The notes below the pieces were generated by a model that searched no databases, was not told the origin of the DNA, and was given only the letters and a program-made list of their open reading frames with translations. A stretch of DNA of 64,000 nt from NCBI GenBank assembly GCA_963702425.1, contig CAVPCQ010000019.1:96001-160000 (forward strand), read 5' to 3'. Below are positions 41,999-52,069 of the stretch, one piece after another. Origin of the DNA: an uncultured Acidobacteriota bacterium (GTDB taxonomy: Bacteria; Acidobacteriota; Polarisedimenticolia; J045). A program made the translations under genes and the position numbers. Each line of letters starts with the position of its first letter. Positions within the stretch are counted from its first letter, which is position 1.

Positions 41999-42633
41999 GC
42001 CGCGGCGACGGCTCGTCCGGGCGCCTGCTCGCCCGGCTCGCCAAGCTCGATCTGCTGGTGATCGACGACTGGCTGCTCTCGCCGCTCCAGGACGCCGAGC
42101 GCCGCGACCTGCTCGAGGTGATCGAGGACCGTGCCGAGCGCGGCTCGACACTCCTAGCCGGCCAGCTCCCGGTCAAGGCCTGGCACGAGGTGATCGGCGA
42201 AGCGATGCTCGCCGAGGCGATCCTCGACCGCCTCGTCAACCGCGCGCACAAGATCGATCTCAAAGGACCCTCGCAACGCGAGATCCGCAGTCCCCTCCGC
42301 GGTGGAGACAAGGCCCGATGACCGTCGCTTCGCTCCGACCCCGCGCTCACGCGCGCTGGCCTGTGGATCCTGGCGGGGCCGTGGAAAACGCATGACACCG
42401 CGTTTCCCACCGCCCCTTGGACGGCGCGAACCACCGCGCCGCCCACAGGCCCCACAGGCCCTGCTGCTGCCCTCGCTTCAACCGACCGAAATCCCGCGTT
42501 AGAATCGCCCGAGCTTCGACAGGAGGCGAAACCAGAACGAACCGACCGTCGCTTCGCTCCGACGCGTGCTCACGATCAACGGAATGGGTGATCACGATCC
42601 CGGATCAGGCGCTCACGATCGCCGGAACCGCCA
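41999..42633 (+). mobile_element. istB: IS21 istB 3' fragment with downstream end
   Basis: LLVIDDW..RRDLLEVIEDR..GQLPV..AILDRLVNRAHKIDLKGPS; terminus CCGGAACCGCCA. Confidence 0.85.
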
Positions 42634-43072
42634 ATAATTGCGGAAGTCCACGGCCCGGCAGCACAGGAACACCCGGTGCCGCCCCCCGAGACTCAGCATC
42701 CGGCGTCGAGCACCTGGAGCAGCCGAGCGAGATGCTCCTCGTCGAAGCCGCACGGCACTGTCACGCGGCGGCCGGAGCGCGTCACGACCTCGAACGGTGT
42801 CGTGCCCGGCGGCGTCACGATTTCCACCGCGGCGAAGGTGTCGGCGGCCATCCGAGTGCCGGGACCCGGCGCCCGCCGGAGGCGTCGCTGCCACCAGCGC
42901 AGCGTCCAGACCGGCACCCCAGAGCGGCGCGACAACTCCGCCCAACTCCAGCCCCCGCGCTCGCGGCGCGACAACCATGACCTCATCCGCTCCGGATCTT
43001 GGCGTCGTCTCATGACGGCCACGATCCCTCAGGGCGCGCGTCAGGGAAAGACGGGCATCACACGACGGTTAC
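42634..43072 (-). mobile_element. IS66 element B: left end, tnpA (42693..43022), tnpB start
   Basis: GTAACCGTCG end; TnpA VTVPCGFDEEHLARLL; TnpB RVFLCCRAVDFR. Confidence 0.85.
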
Positions 43073-43328
43073 GGTCTGATGGTGGCAGGCGGGAGTCGCC
43101 TGGAAGCACGCGGCCGTCGCGTGGTCTCCCTCAGAGCGCCCCGTTGCCCCCTGCTTTCAGACGACACTCGCGACCGAGTCGGAAAAAGTTGCCCACAGGA
43201 CATCTCGCCCGGTGGGTCAAGTCGGCCCGACGCCGGTGCGGGGGGCGTCCTACGGCGCAGGCTCCTAGCCGGCAGAAGCAAGTGTCGTAGCGCAGGGCTG
43301 ATCTCAAGCGCCGCCGTCACTCATCCAC

Positions 43329-44678
43329 TTACCGTCGTTCCATTTCGTTGATAACGAATCGATGCTTGCCCGCCGTCGTGCGCTCGATCGCTGGTACCGC
43401 ACGGAGCGTCAGGTGCACACCTGGGCCGGTCAGCGCTGATAGTCGCGGTTGCAACTCGACGGCCAAGGCGTCGAGGCGCTCGCGGACCCCCGTCTCTTGG
43501 GCCGGTACGATGAGCAGGTCGATCTGGTCGGGTCTCGACTGCCGGAACTGGAAGTGACGAATCCAATCCTGACCATACAGCAGGCGTACGAAAAAAGTCG
43601 GGAAGATCTTACGTCCGTCGGGCGCGCGGAAAAAGTCGCCTTGGCGGCCGACGCCCATCTCCATCAGGGGGTAGCCGCGCCCGCAAGGGCAGCGGCCCGA
43701 TTTCGCGGCGCCGAGATCGCCCAGGTCGTAGCGAAGCAGCGGCTGTGCCGGGTTGTGCAGCGGCGTCACCACGATGTGCCGCGCGCTGCTCTCACCCTCG
43801 GGATCTCCGACGAACTCCACCCGATTGAGGCCTGAGAACACATGCATGTTTCCTGCAGGACACTCGCAGGAGACACCAGGCGCTTCGCGACAGCCGTATT
43901 GATCGAAAACCGGACAACCGAAGGCCCGGGAAATGACAGCCCGGAACTCGGGCAGCAGAGGTTCTGCGGAGCAGTAGACCCCTTTGAGTCCCGTTGGCTT
44001 CAGGCCGCGCGCCAGCACCCAGCGCGCGAAATCGGCCGCGACGGAAGCGTAGGCGTAGACGACCGTGGGACGGAAGCGCTCCATTGTCTGCCACCACGAT
44101 TCGATCGCGCGATCGTCGTATGCGTAGACCGGGAGGTTGACCTGACCGCGGAGCCTTCGCTGCCAGGCACGCCAGCCGCCGGTACCAGGGACGTAGTTGC
44201 CTTGGCCGCCCCACAGGCCGAGACAGACCTCGCCCTGCCTCCAGCCACACCACGTGAAGCAGTGGATCAGGAACGCTTCAGCGACATCGAAGAGCAGGTC
44301 CGAAACCAGGAAGTTGACAGGCTGTCCCGTCGATCCACCACTAGACATCTTGCGAGCCGCCGTGGAGGATTCATTCTCCGGCTTGAGATCATCAAAACAG
44401 CTGCGCAAGGTCTCGCGCGTCAGCACGGGCAGTCTCTCCCAGTCGGTGGGGAAGTGCATCGTACGCGGATCGAGACCGAGCTCACGGAAGAGGTGCCTGT
44501 AGTAGGGCACTTCGACCGCCGCGTAGCTGGCGACGCGCCGTGCCAGCTCGTCGCCGTAGGTGGATAACTGGTCCTCCGGCCACCATTGGTGCGTCTCCAG
44601 GTTCGCGACCAGGCGAGCGACCCGGGGTTGCCTCCACCGGAAGACCATGGTCGACAGCTGTTCGAAGCTGTGACTCAT
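43329..44678 (-). CDS. CapK/phenylacetate-CoA ligase-like adenylating enzyme
   Basis: VPYYR, SSGGSTGQP, DQYGCRE, PLLRYDLGD, AGKHRFVI. Confidence 0.9.
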   Translation of the reverse strand: MSHSFEQLSTMVFRWRQPRVARLVANLETHQWWPEDQLSTYGDELARRVASYAAVEVPYYRHLFRELGLDPRTMHFPTDWERLPVLTRETLRSCFDDLKPENESSTAARKMSSGGSTGQPVNFLVSDLLFDVAEAFLIHCFTWCGWRQGEVCLGLWGGQGNYVPGTGGWRAWQRRLRGQVNLPVYAYDDRAIESWWQTMERFRPTVVYAYASVAADFARWVLARGLKPTGLKGVYCSAEPLLPEFRAVISRAFGCPVFDQYGCREAPGVSCECPAGNMHVFSGLNRVEFVGDPEGESSARHIVVTPLHNPAQPLLRYDLGDLGAAKSGRCPCGRGYPLMEMGVGRQGDFFRAPDGRKIFPTFFVRLLYGQDWIRHFQFRQSRPDQIDLLIVPAQETGVRERLDALAVELQPRLSALTGPGVHLTLRAVPAIERTTAGKHRFVINEMERR

Positions 44679-45856
44679 CTCATCGACTCCCGGCCCTGCG
44701 CGGCGCCAGACGTTCCCCGCTCGTACAGCTCCTCGTAGCGGCGGACAACCTGGTCGAGCGCAAACCCCTCCAGCACCGAATTCCGCGCATGGCGTGAAAG
44801 CCGTGCGCGAAGCTCCCCGTCGTCGAGCAGACGCGCCAAAGCGGCGGCAAGCGCCGGAGGATCCCCCGGAGGAACCAGCAGACCGTCTTCGCCATCGCGG
44901 ACGACCTCTGAGATCGCTCCGACCCGGGTGGCCGCGACCGGCAGCCCCGAAGCCATCGCTTCGAGGACGACGATCGGCAGTCCCTCTCGCCGCGAGGACA
45001 GCACGAAGACATCCGCGGCGCGCAGCAGCTCAGGCACGTCGGTGCGACTGCCACAGAATGCCACGCAATCCGACAGGCCGCGACCGGCCGCTTCGCGCGC
45101 CAGAACCTCACGCAGTTCCCCGTCACCGACCAAGAGCAGATCGACCGCGCGGCCCGCGGAGCGTAGAAGCGCCAACGCGGAGAACAACGAGGGGTAGTCC
45201 TTCGCTTCCACGAGCCTTCCCACGCTGATCAGACGTCCTCCGGCGGGACGCCCTGCTGCCCCGGACGACCCACGCGAGCCCCCGTCGGCCGGGTGGAACA
45301 CCGACGTATCCACACCGTTCGGGATGACCCGGACAGCTTTCGTCGGCACCCGCAGCTCGCGGACGAAGTACTCTTTCAGCTCGTGCGAAACCGTGACCAG
45401 AAAGTCGGCGTGGCGCGCGGCATGACGACAACCGTCCTGCAATCGCAACGAACGGGAGATCGAGTACTTTGCGTGCTCCGTGCATCCCACGATCGGAATG
45501 CGAGCCCAGCGAGCCGCGCGCCAGATGTAGGTGTAGAGGGGGATGTGGTGGATGTGAAGAACGTCCAGACGGAGCCAGCGCAGGCGCGCCGCGAGATAGA
45601 GTGGGTTCGCGAACCGGCGCACGCCGCAGTTGTGCAGCTGGTAGAAACGCAGTGAGCGTTGTGTGAGGTAGTCCGGTAGCGGCCCAGGCCCCGGGAACAT
45701 CATCAGAATGCAGGACTCGAACCGAGACCGATCGAGGCGCCGGCAGATCTCGGCCGCGGCCGTTTCGGAGCCCCCCAGATTCTCGCTGTATACAAGGTGA
45801 GCCACCCGACATTTCCGGCGCGGCGGGCCAATTGCATTCGGGTCCGCAGACATCAC
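44675..45856 (-). CDS. GT4 glycosyltransferase
   Basis: IPNGVD, VGRL, SSRREGLPIVVLEAMASG. Confidence 0.93.
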   Translation of the reverse strand: MMSADPNAIGPPRRKCRVAHLVYSENLGGSETAAAEICRRLDRSRFESCILMMFPGPGPLPDYLTQRSLRFYQLHNCGVRRFANPLYLAARLRWLRLDVLHIHHIPLYTYIWRAARWARIPIVGCTEHAKYSISRSLRLQDGCRHAARHADFLVTVSHELKEYFVRELRVPTKAVRVIPNGVDTSVFHPADGGSRGSSGAAGRPAGGRLISVGRLVEAKDYPSLFSALALLRSAGRAVDLLLVGDGELREVLAREAAGRGLSDCVAFCGSRTDVPELLRAADVFVLSSRREGLPIVVLEAMASGLPVAATRVGAISEVVRDGEDGLLVPPGDPPALAAALARLLDDGELRARLSRHARNSVLEGFALDQVVRRYEELYERGTSGAAQGRESMR

Positions 45857-45899
45857 TCCGTCCGTCTGTCCAGCGCGAGTATCTCCTCGCCGAACCGTT

Positions 45900-46553
45900 T
45901 CAGCTCGGCGTCCCCGGCGGTGGAGAGCCGGGTCCAGCGCTCTCCCTCGCGGCGACCGACGGGGCCGCGTCGAGCGAGACCTTGCGGGCCGGGTTGCCCA
46001 TCACGGTGATGTCATCCACCACGGGACGCTGCACCACGCTCCCGGCGCCGACGGTGCAGTTGCAGCCCACATCGGCCATGATCACCGCATCCTGCCCGAT
46101 CCATGAGTTCCGGCCGATCCGGATCGTTTCGAACTGCTCGCCGACCTCATTGCCCCGCGAACGCTGCTCGGGGCGACCGTGCTGGTACTTGCCGGAGAGC
46201 ACCGAGACACGGGCACCGAAGAGCACATCCTGCCCGATCTGGGAGTAGCCGATTATGGAAAACGCGCCGACCACGGTCCTCGGGCCAATCGACACGTTGC
46301 GATGGGCCAGCATGGTGCCGAAGTTCAGCACCGCGTCCGGCGACACGTCGACGCAGCTGGACCAATAGTATGCCGCACGGAGGTAGACACCGAGGGGCGT
46401 CGGCACGAGACAGAGCAACTCCTTGCATGCGCCGAAAACCCGTTCTGTCTCGGGACCCAGCACGAGCTTCTCGATCCAGGTCAGCAGAACCAGCGGTGAC
46501 AAGATCGACCAAGCCAGGCCGAACAGGATCCGCTTCGAGATAGTCCGCAACAC
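45900..46553 (-). CDS. Hexapeptide-repeat O-acyltransferase
   Basis: IRIGRNSWIG..VGAGSVV..GNPAR; AGGAGG RBS before GTG. Confidence 0.88.
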   Translation of the reverse strand: MLRTISKRILFGLAWSILSPLVLLTWIEKLVLGPETERVFGACKELLCLVPTPLGVYLRAAYYWSSCVDVSPDAVLNFGTMLAHRNVSIGPRTVVGAFSIIGYSQIGQDVLFGARVSVLSGKYQHGRPEQRSRGNEVGEQFETIRIGRNSWIGQDAVIMADVGCNCTVGAGSVVQRPVVDDITVMGNPARKVSLDAAPSVAARESAGPGSPPPGTPS

Positions 46554-46587
46554 TAGATCGAGCCTCCTGGACCGCGGCAAGCGCCTG

Positions 46588-47499
46588 TCATGATTGCGGC
46601 CCGGGAGAGCCGGCACGCAAAGTCGCGGCCAGGAATCGCACGAACTGCGGGGCGATGATCCGGCGGCCCCGCTCGTCGAGGTGGGCCCCATCGCCCGTGT
46701 AGGCCGGGGAGAGGGCGATCACCGTCCGCCCCTTTGCGGACGTTGATTCGAGCACGCCGTCAGGACCGGTGGCCTCGATTTTGGCCAGATCGAAAAGCGG
46801 TTCGCGGCCGTCGTACTCCCGCCTGAGGAGATCGTTGTAGGCTTCCCGCTGGACGTTGAAGTCCTGCGTCGTCGGCCGGCCGAGAGCGCGCTTGGCGGCG
46901 GTGCGCCACCAGGGCTCGCGGGACTCAAGCGGCACCGTGACATGGAACAAGCGCAGATTGGGATACCGGCTCCGGAGATCCGAGGCCATCTCTCTGTAGC
47001 GCCGGAACAACGCCTCGACATCGGTGTCCGGCCTGAAGTCAGCGTAACAGAGCTTCAGGCCGGCCAGCTCGAAGGCCGAAGCCCGCCCCGCATCAAGCCG
47101 GTGAGCGAAGTCAGCCATCTTGCCTGCCGGATCACCGTTGCGACCGACCGTGAAGTGGTAGACGCCCGCGGCCGCGCTCGGAGCCGACGGCTCCAGGCCG
47201 ATCAGCGCAGGCGGAGCCTGCGAGGTCGGTCGAATCTCCTCGATTCCGCGGAGAATGTTGCTCCCCACCGACTGGTGTCCGAACAAGACTCGCCGGCCGG
47301 CGAGATCCTCCCAGATCGCAGTCGGGAGGGCCTCGGTCGCCTCCGCGTGTCCATCAGTACGCACAGCGGTCCCCTTATCGCAACCTGCAGTCAGCGCTAC
47401 CGCAAGCAGCATCAGGAAGCTCAGACACGTGGCGCCCGCGCCAGTGCGCCCGCACGCGACCGCAGCGGAGAATGCTGGGGTACGAGAACGTCTCTCCAT
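46588..47499 (-). CDS. SGNH-like exported protein/lipoprotein
   Basis: LTAGC lipobox, FGHQSVG, KLCYAD, DGAHL. Confidence 0.65.
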   Translation of the reverse strand: MERRSRTPAFSAAVACGRTGAGATCLSFLMLLAVALTAGCDKGTAVRTDGHAEATEALPTAIWEDLAGRRVLFGHQSVGSNILRGIEEIRPTSQAPPALIGLEPSAPSAAAGVYHFTVGRNGDPAGKMADFAHRLDAGRASAFELAGLKLCYADFRPDTDVEALFRRYREMASDLRSRYPNLRLFHVTVPLESREPWWRTAAKRALGRPTTQDFNVQREAYNDLLRREYDGREPLFDLAKIEATGPDGVLESTSAKGRTVIALSPAYTGDGAHLDERGRRIIAPQFVRFLAATLRAGSPGPQS

Positions 47500-47529
47500 A
47501 GTCTGGCGATCCTACCTGCCGGAACGCGA

Positions 47530-48348
47530 TCACACAAGCCGGGGTGGTGGCTCGGCCACGGACCGGGTGAGGATGCGCTCGAACAACGCGTCGGTCGCCG
47601 ACACGTCGTCGTGCACTCCGATCCGCGGAAGCAGCGCGGGGAATGAGGCTGGCCCCCACCATCCTCCTCCGACGGTGACGCTGGCGGGGAAGATCCGCTG
47701 CGCCAAGTCGACGGCCGCTCGGTTGATGCGACCGAGCGGGTAGGCGAAGAACTCGCAGGGTCGCCCGGTCCATGACTCCACCGCTTCGCGCGACAGCAGC
47801 ATCTCCTGCTCGGCCTGGGCAACGTCGACGAGGTCCAGCTTGGCGTGCGACACAGTGTGCGCCCCGAACTCGATGCCGTCGCGGGCCAGCGCACGCACGT
47901 CGTCTACTCGCAGGAACTCACCACGCCGGTTCGTCCCTTCCAGTGTCCAGTCGCGTACCAGGAAGATCGTGGCACGGACACCGTGCTCCTCGAGGACCGG
48001 CCAGGCAAGCGTGAGATTGTCGCGCCATCCGTCATCGAAGGTCAGGACGACCACAGGCGGATCTTCCGGTGCCGGGGGAGCGGTGCGCAATTCACCCAAG
48101 GTGACGACCTTCCAACGTCGAGTGAGCCAGGCCACCTGGCGGGAGAAGGAAGACTGCCGAACGAACATCCCGGGGTAGATTCCCTCGCATGAAGCGTCGT
48201 CAGCGAGAATGCGGTGGTACATGAGTATCGCCGCTCGACCGCGCTGGCGGGCCAGGACGCGGCCGTTGGCTCCACTGGCATGCGACCAGGAAGCCGCCGC
48301 CCGGCGGGCGAGGCGGTGAAAGCGGTCGCGCAGTGCCGGACGATTCAC
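47530..48348 (-). CDS. Polysaccharide deacetylase
   Basis: ILMYHR, LTFDDGWRDN, GAHTVSH, FAYP. Confidence 0.9.
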   Translation of the reverse strand: MNRPALRDRFHRLARRAAASWSHASGANGRVLARQRGRAAILMYHRILADDASCEGIYPGMFVRQSSFSRQVAWLTRRWKVVTLGELRTAPPAPEDPPVVVLTFDDGWRDNLTLAWPVLEEHGVRATIFLVRDWTLEGTNRRGEFLRVDDVRALARDGIEFGAHTVSHAKLDLVDVAQAEQEMLLSREAVESWTGRPCEFFAYPLGRINRAAVDLAQRIFPASVTVGGGWWGPASFPALLPRIGVHDDVSATDALFERILTRSVAEPPPRLV

Positions 48349-49514
48349 CGCCGGGACTCCGTGGCCGCGCGCTCGACGGCTCGCCCGACCCGCTCCAACT
48401 CCACCGCCGTCAGCGTCGGGTAGACGGGCAACGTCAGCAGCCTGGCCGCCACCGACTCGGCGCCAGGAAAGCCGTCGCTGTGATTGACGAAGTGCGGGCG
48501 CAGAGCGGGAATCTGGCAGATCGTTCCCGGGTACATCGCCGACGCAGCGACACCCTGACGGTGCAGCGCCTTCAGCGCGACGTCCCGACTCTGCCGATCG
48601 GGCGCCAACACCGGAAACCGCAACGGCCCGGGGGCGCGCGCCGGTGCGGGGACGACCCAACCGCGGCACCCGGCCACCCGCGCGGCGAGCGCGGAGGCCG
48701 CGATCGTGCGCCGCGCGATCCAAGAGGAAAGCTGCGGGAAGCAGCGGCTACCCAGTTCGCGTTGCCAGGTCCAGAACGGTCGCGACATGTCAAACGCCGG
48801 CTGATACACCGTGGCGCCGAGTCCCAGAAAGGGCAGTGCCTCGGGGAGCCGGTAGAGCGCCGGACGGGCGAGCATCGCCGTCACCGCCAGGGCCAGGGCA
48901 TCCGACCAGCCGCCCCGCCGACTGCGAGGTGTGGTTACCTCCCACTCCGCGGGGTGGACCAGAGCACCTCCTCCGCCCAGCGGGAGTGGCTTGCCCCGCC
49001 CGAACGACCAGAGGCGGGCGCTGATCGCCGGTACGGGCGCGGCGTCGGGCCAAGCCTGAGCGGCATCCTCGATGATCGGCGCTCTTGGATCGGATGCCGC
49101 AAGGCGGGCCGCAAGTGCAGGCAACTCGGGGTCCGGCGCGAAGAGATGGACCAGCAGAATCCCGGCCGCCCTGGAGAGATCGAGCCCTTCGAGGTGCCGG
49201 GCGCTCATCGCGAGTGTCTGTGGATCGATGTCGTACGCTCGCACCTTCAGGCCTGCTCGCACGACAGCGGCGGGGACGCTCCAACAGGTGTAGGCCGGGA
49301 CCACGACCTCCGTTCGGCCTTCCCGTCGCAGTGCATGAAGCGCGGCGGCGAGCGCGGCACGACCGCTGCCGAATAGAGCGACTGCGCTGTTCGCCGTGCC
49401 ACGAGCCAGTTCATCCGTCCAATCGGGACGCGATCCCGCACCTGTCGCTATCGCGCTCGTGGCGACCTGCGCGGGCCCGAAGGGAAGGGCGTTGGGGGGG
49501 ATCAGCCGGATCAT
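48345..49514 (-). CDS. DegT/DnrJ-type PLP-dependent aminotransferase family
   Basis: GSGRAAL, PAYTC, IEDAAQA, SFGRGKPL, LLTLP. Confidence 0.85.
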   Translation of the reverse strand: MIRLIPPNALPFGPAQVATSAIATGAGSRPDWTDELARGTANSAVALFGSGRAALAAALHALRREGRTEVVVPAYTCWSVPAAVVRAGLKVRAYDIDPQTLAMSARHLEGLDLSRAAGILLVHLFAPDPELPALAARLAASDPRAPIIEDAAQAWPDAAPVPAISARLWSFGRGKPLPLGGGGALVHPAEWEVTTPRSRRGGWSDALALAVTAMLARPALYRLPEALPFLGLGATVYQPAFDMSRPFWTWQRELGSRCFPQLSSWIARRTIAASALAARVAGCRGWVVPAPARAPGPLRFPVLAPDRQSRDVALKALHRQGVAASAMYPGTICQIPALRPHFVNHSDGFPGAESVAARLLTLPVYPTLTAVELERVGRAVERAATESRR

Positions 49515-50860
49515 GAAGCTCGCGGTGTCGCCGTGGGCGCCGGCGGCGGTTGGTCGTTCTTCGCTGAGAGGCCTTCCACGCTGGCCAGCAGGGCGATGAG
49601 GATCCACAGCATGGGGTAGTACAGCGTGGAAATGAAGGCTCCGGCCACCAGTACGGCGAAGATCCCCGCCAGACACGCCGTCGCGAGCAATGCGGGCTGC
49701 ATCCCGGCAATCTCTCGGGCGGCCCTCCGGCGCAAGCGGGCCGCCGCGCGCACACACGATGCGATCAGCCCCGAGAAGAGAAGCGTACCGACCACCCCCT
49801 GCTCGGACAGAAGGGTGAAGAACAGGGAATGCGCGGCGCGGCCCCACATGTGCTCGCCCCGGGCCTTTCGCATGACGTCCTCGTACAGCGGAGCCTGGAT
49901 GCCGTAGTTGCGGGTACCGACGCCGGTGACCGGGTGGTCGAGGAACATCCGCCACGCCAGACCCCACGAATAGAGCCTCGCGTCCCCGGTATCTCCTTCC
50001 TGATCTGCTGTCTCAATCGAGCGAATCTCCGTCCAGTACTGTTCGGGGGCGGCGAACCACAGCGCGAGGGCGGCGGCGCCGACAGCCAACGCAATTCTCC
50101 CCCGGTGGGGACCTGTCACCAGCATGAACACACCGAGCGCCGCCAGTCCAACGAAGCCGCCGCGCGAGAGGGAGGAGACCACTGCAGCCAGCAGCAGCCC
50201 GATCGATCCTACCAAGAGCAGGCGGACGAGCGGACGGCGGTGCGTCCCAATCAGATAGATGGCGACTCCCATCGCAGCGTTGAAGGCCAGGGCCAAGTCA
50301 TTCTCGTCCTCCATCCAGGCACCGAGACCCCTACCTTGATGCAACACGGCATAGATGGCCATCGGCACGTGCAGGAACACGTAGGTTGTCAGCAACAGCC
50401 GTACTCCCGCCAAGTCCATCGGAAGAACGGCCAGCGGAATGATGCAGCCGACCGTCATGATCGCGAAATCCTCGAAACCCCAGAACGCAAACGCGCGGTT
50501 CAGCGCCCACGGAACGTTCCATGCCATCACACCGACCAGCGCCAACATGTACCACATCTGTCGCGGAAGCGGTCTCTTGCCGCCCAACAGGACCGCACCC
50601 GCTCCCCACAGGGCGGCGAGCACGCCCAGCCTCAACGCGCCCAGGGCGGGGACCCAAGCCATTGGCCTTCCGAGTTCGACCGTCAGGTAGTAGAGGCAAG
50701 GCGCCAACCTGCCGATCCCGGTGGAGGTGTCCGAGCCTGATTTCGGGAACCGCGGACTCTGCGTCGGACCGGCAGCTCCCGCGCCCCCCGCGTGACGCGC
50801 TTCTGATGGTTGAGATGCTCGCACGAACGGGGTCCGCGTCACCGTGCGGTCGGGGACCAC
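49511..50860 (-). CDS. O-antigen ligase/Wzy polymerase family
   Basis: ENDLA, SLSRGG, R..W..HPVTGVG, AHSLFFTLLSEQG. Confidence 0.88.
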   Translation of the reverse strand: MVPDRTVTRTPFVRASQPSEARHAGGAGAAGPTQSPRFPKSGSDTSTGIGRLAPCLYYLTVELGRPMAWVPALGALRLGVLAALWGAGAVLLGGKRPLPRQMWYMLALVGVMAWNVPWALNRAFAFWGFEDFAIMTVGCIIPLAVLPMDLAGVRLLLTTYVFLHVPMAIYAVLHQGRGLGAWMEDENDLALAFNAAMGVAIYLIGTHRRPLVRLLLVGSIGLLLAAVVSSLSRGGFVGLAALGVFMLVTGPHRGRIALAVGAAALALWFAAPEQYWTEIRSIETADQEGDTGDARLYSWGLAWRMFLDHPVTGVGTRNYGIQAPLYEDVMRKARGEHMWGRAAHSLFFTLLSEQGVVGTLLFSGLIASCVRAAARLRRRAAREIAGMQPALLATACLAGIFAVLVAGAFISTLYYPMLWILIALLASVEGLSAKNDQPPPAPTATPRAS

Positions 50861-51981
50861 GCCACTACGCGCTCACCGCGCAGAAAGCGGTACCACGCCA
50901 CGATGATCGATAGGTTGACCATGACGAAATAGTACCAGGCTCGGCCCAGGGGCAGGCGCTGCAACGTAGGCAGCGCGGGAGTGGCGAGCGCCAGCGTGTA
51001 GGCGGCAAGCTGCGTCAAGAACAGTGCGAGAAACCAGGCCGACCCTGCCGCAAGCCAGGCCGACGTCGCCAGGAACAGCAGCATCGCCCATGGAACGGTC
51101 CAGCGCGCGAGCTTGTGCGAAAAAAGCTGCCAAGCGAAGAGACCGTAGCGAAACACATTGAGCAAATCAACCGCAGAGAAGAACGCGGTCAAGCCGCGTA
51201 CCACGGTGCGGACCTTGCGCTCGAATTCGGAGCCGCGGGCCGACAGATCCGTGTAGCAGCCGACCGCCTCCTCGTCGATCACGGCGCGCAGTCCGGATCG
51301 TACCGAAGCGAACACGGTGCAGAAGTCGCTCGGCAGGCGGTCGGAAAAGCCGTGACATGCGCTTCGTCGCGCTGCGAAGAAGGACCCGCTCAGCCCGACC
51401 AGAGATCCGGCGGCGGACTCCAGCCGGCGCAGCAACATTTCGTAGCGCACATAAAGCCCCTCTGCCGCGGGCCGGCCTAGCGGGTCGATCAAGCGGTCGG
51501 TGGAGCTGACGCAACCGACCTCCGGGTCGGCGAAGCTGCGGACGATCGTGGCAAGCCCGTGCCGTTCAAGCACGGTGCTGACATCGGTGAACACGAGGAC
51601 CTCTCCCGAAGCACGCGTGAGGGCCTGCAGCTGGGCCATCTCCTTGCCCCCACGCGAGGAGAGCCGGACCAGCAGCACGCCGGCGGCAGCGAACTCCTCC
51701 TCGACGATCTGGGCGGTCCCATCCGTAGACGCGTCGTCCGCGACCAGAATCTCGAGTCGGTCGCGTGGGTAGTGTTGTTCGAGCAGATTACCGAGTTTCT
51801 GCCGAAGCTGCGCGGCCCCATTGTGCACTGCCACGATGACGCTCAGCCGCGGAAAGATATCGGCGCGCTGCGGCCTTCTTTGGCGCATGCTGGTCAGCAG
51901 CCAGAGCACCAACGGGTATCCGGCATAGGCGTAGCCGATCCACAACGCCGCCAGTGCCAGTAGCGCAATGCCCGTTCGCAT
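50839..51981 (-). CDS. GT2 glycosyltransferase, membrane-bound
   Basis: YAGYP, DDASTDGT, GK, VFTD, ERKVR, SHKLARW. Confidence 0.9.
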   Translation of the reverse strand: MRTGIALLALAALWIGYAYAGYPLVLWLLTSMRQRRPQRADIFPRLSVIVAVHNGAAQLRQKLGNLLEQHYPRDRLEILVADDASTDGTAQIVEEEFAAAGVLLVRLSSRGGKEMAQLQALTRASGEVLVFTDVSTVLERHGLATIVRSFADPEVGCVSSTDRLIDPLGRPAAEGLYVRYEMLLRRLESAAGSLVGLSGSFFAARRSACHGFSDRLPSDFCTVFASVRSGLRAVIDEEAVGCYTDLSARGSEFERKVRTVVRGLTAFFSAVDLLNVFRYGLFAWQLFSHKLARWTVPWAMLLFLATSAWLAAGSAWFLALFLTQLAAYTLALATPALPTLQRLPLGRAWYYFVMVNLSIIVAWYRFLRGERVVAWSPTAR

Positions 51982-52069
51982 CACCCCACCGATCTCGGCA
52001 TCGGCCGGCCGAGCGCGGAATCGTGTTGGCGACGCGGAGGACCCGGGGCCGGCGCGTTCCGCCCGGTGC

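Noticed and set aside
43329-44678. Phenylacetate catabolism
   Set aside because: Context is EPS synthesis (CapK-like); no paa genes
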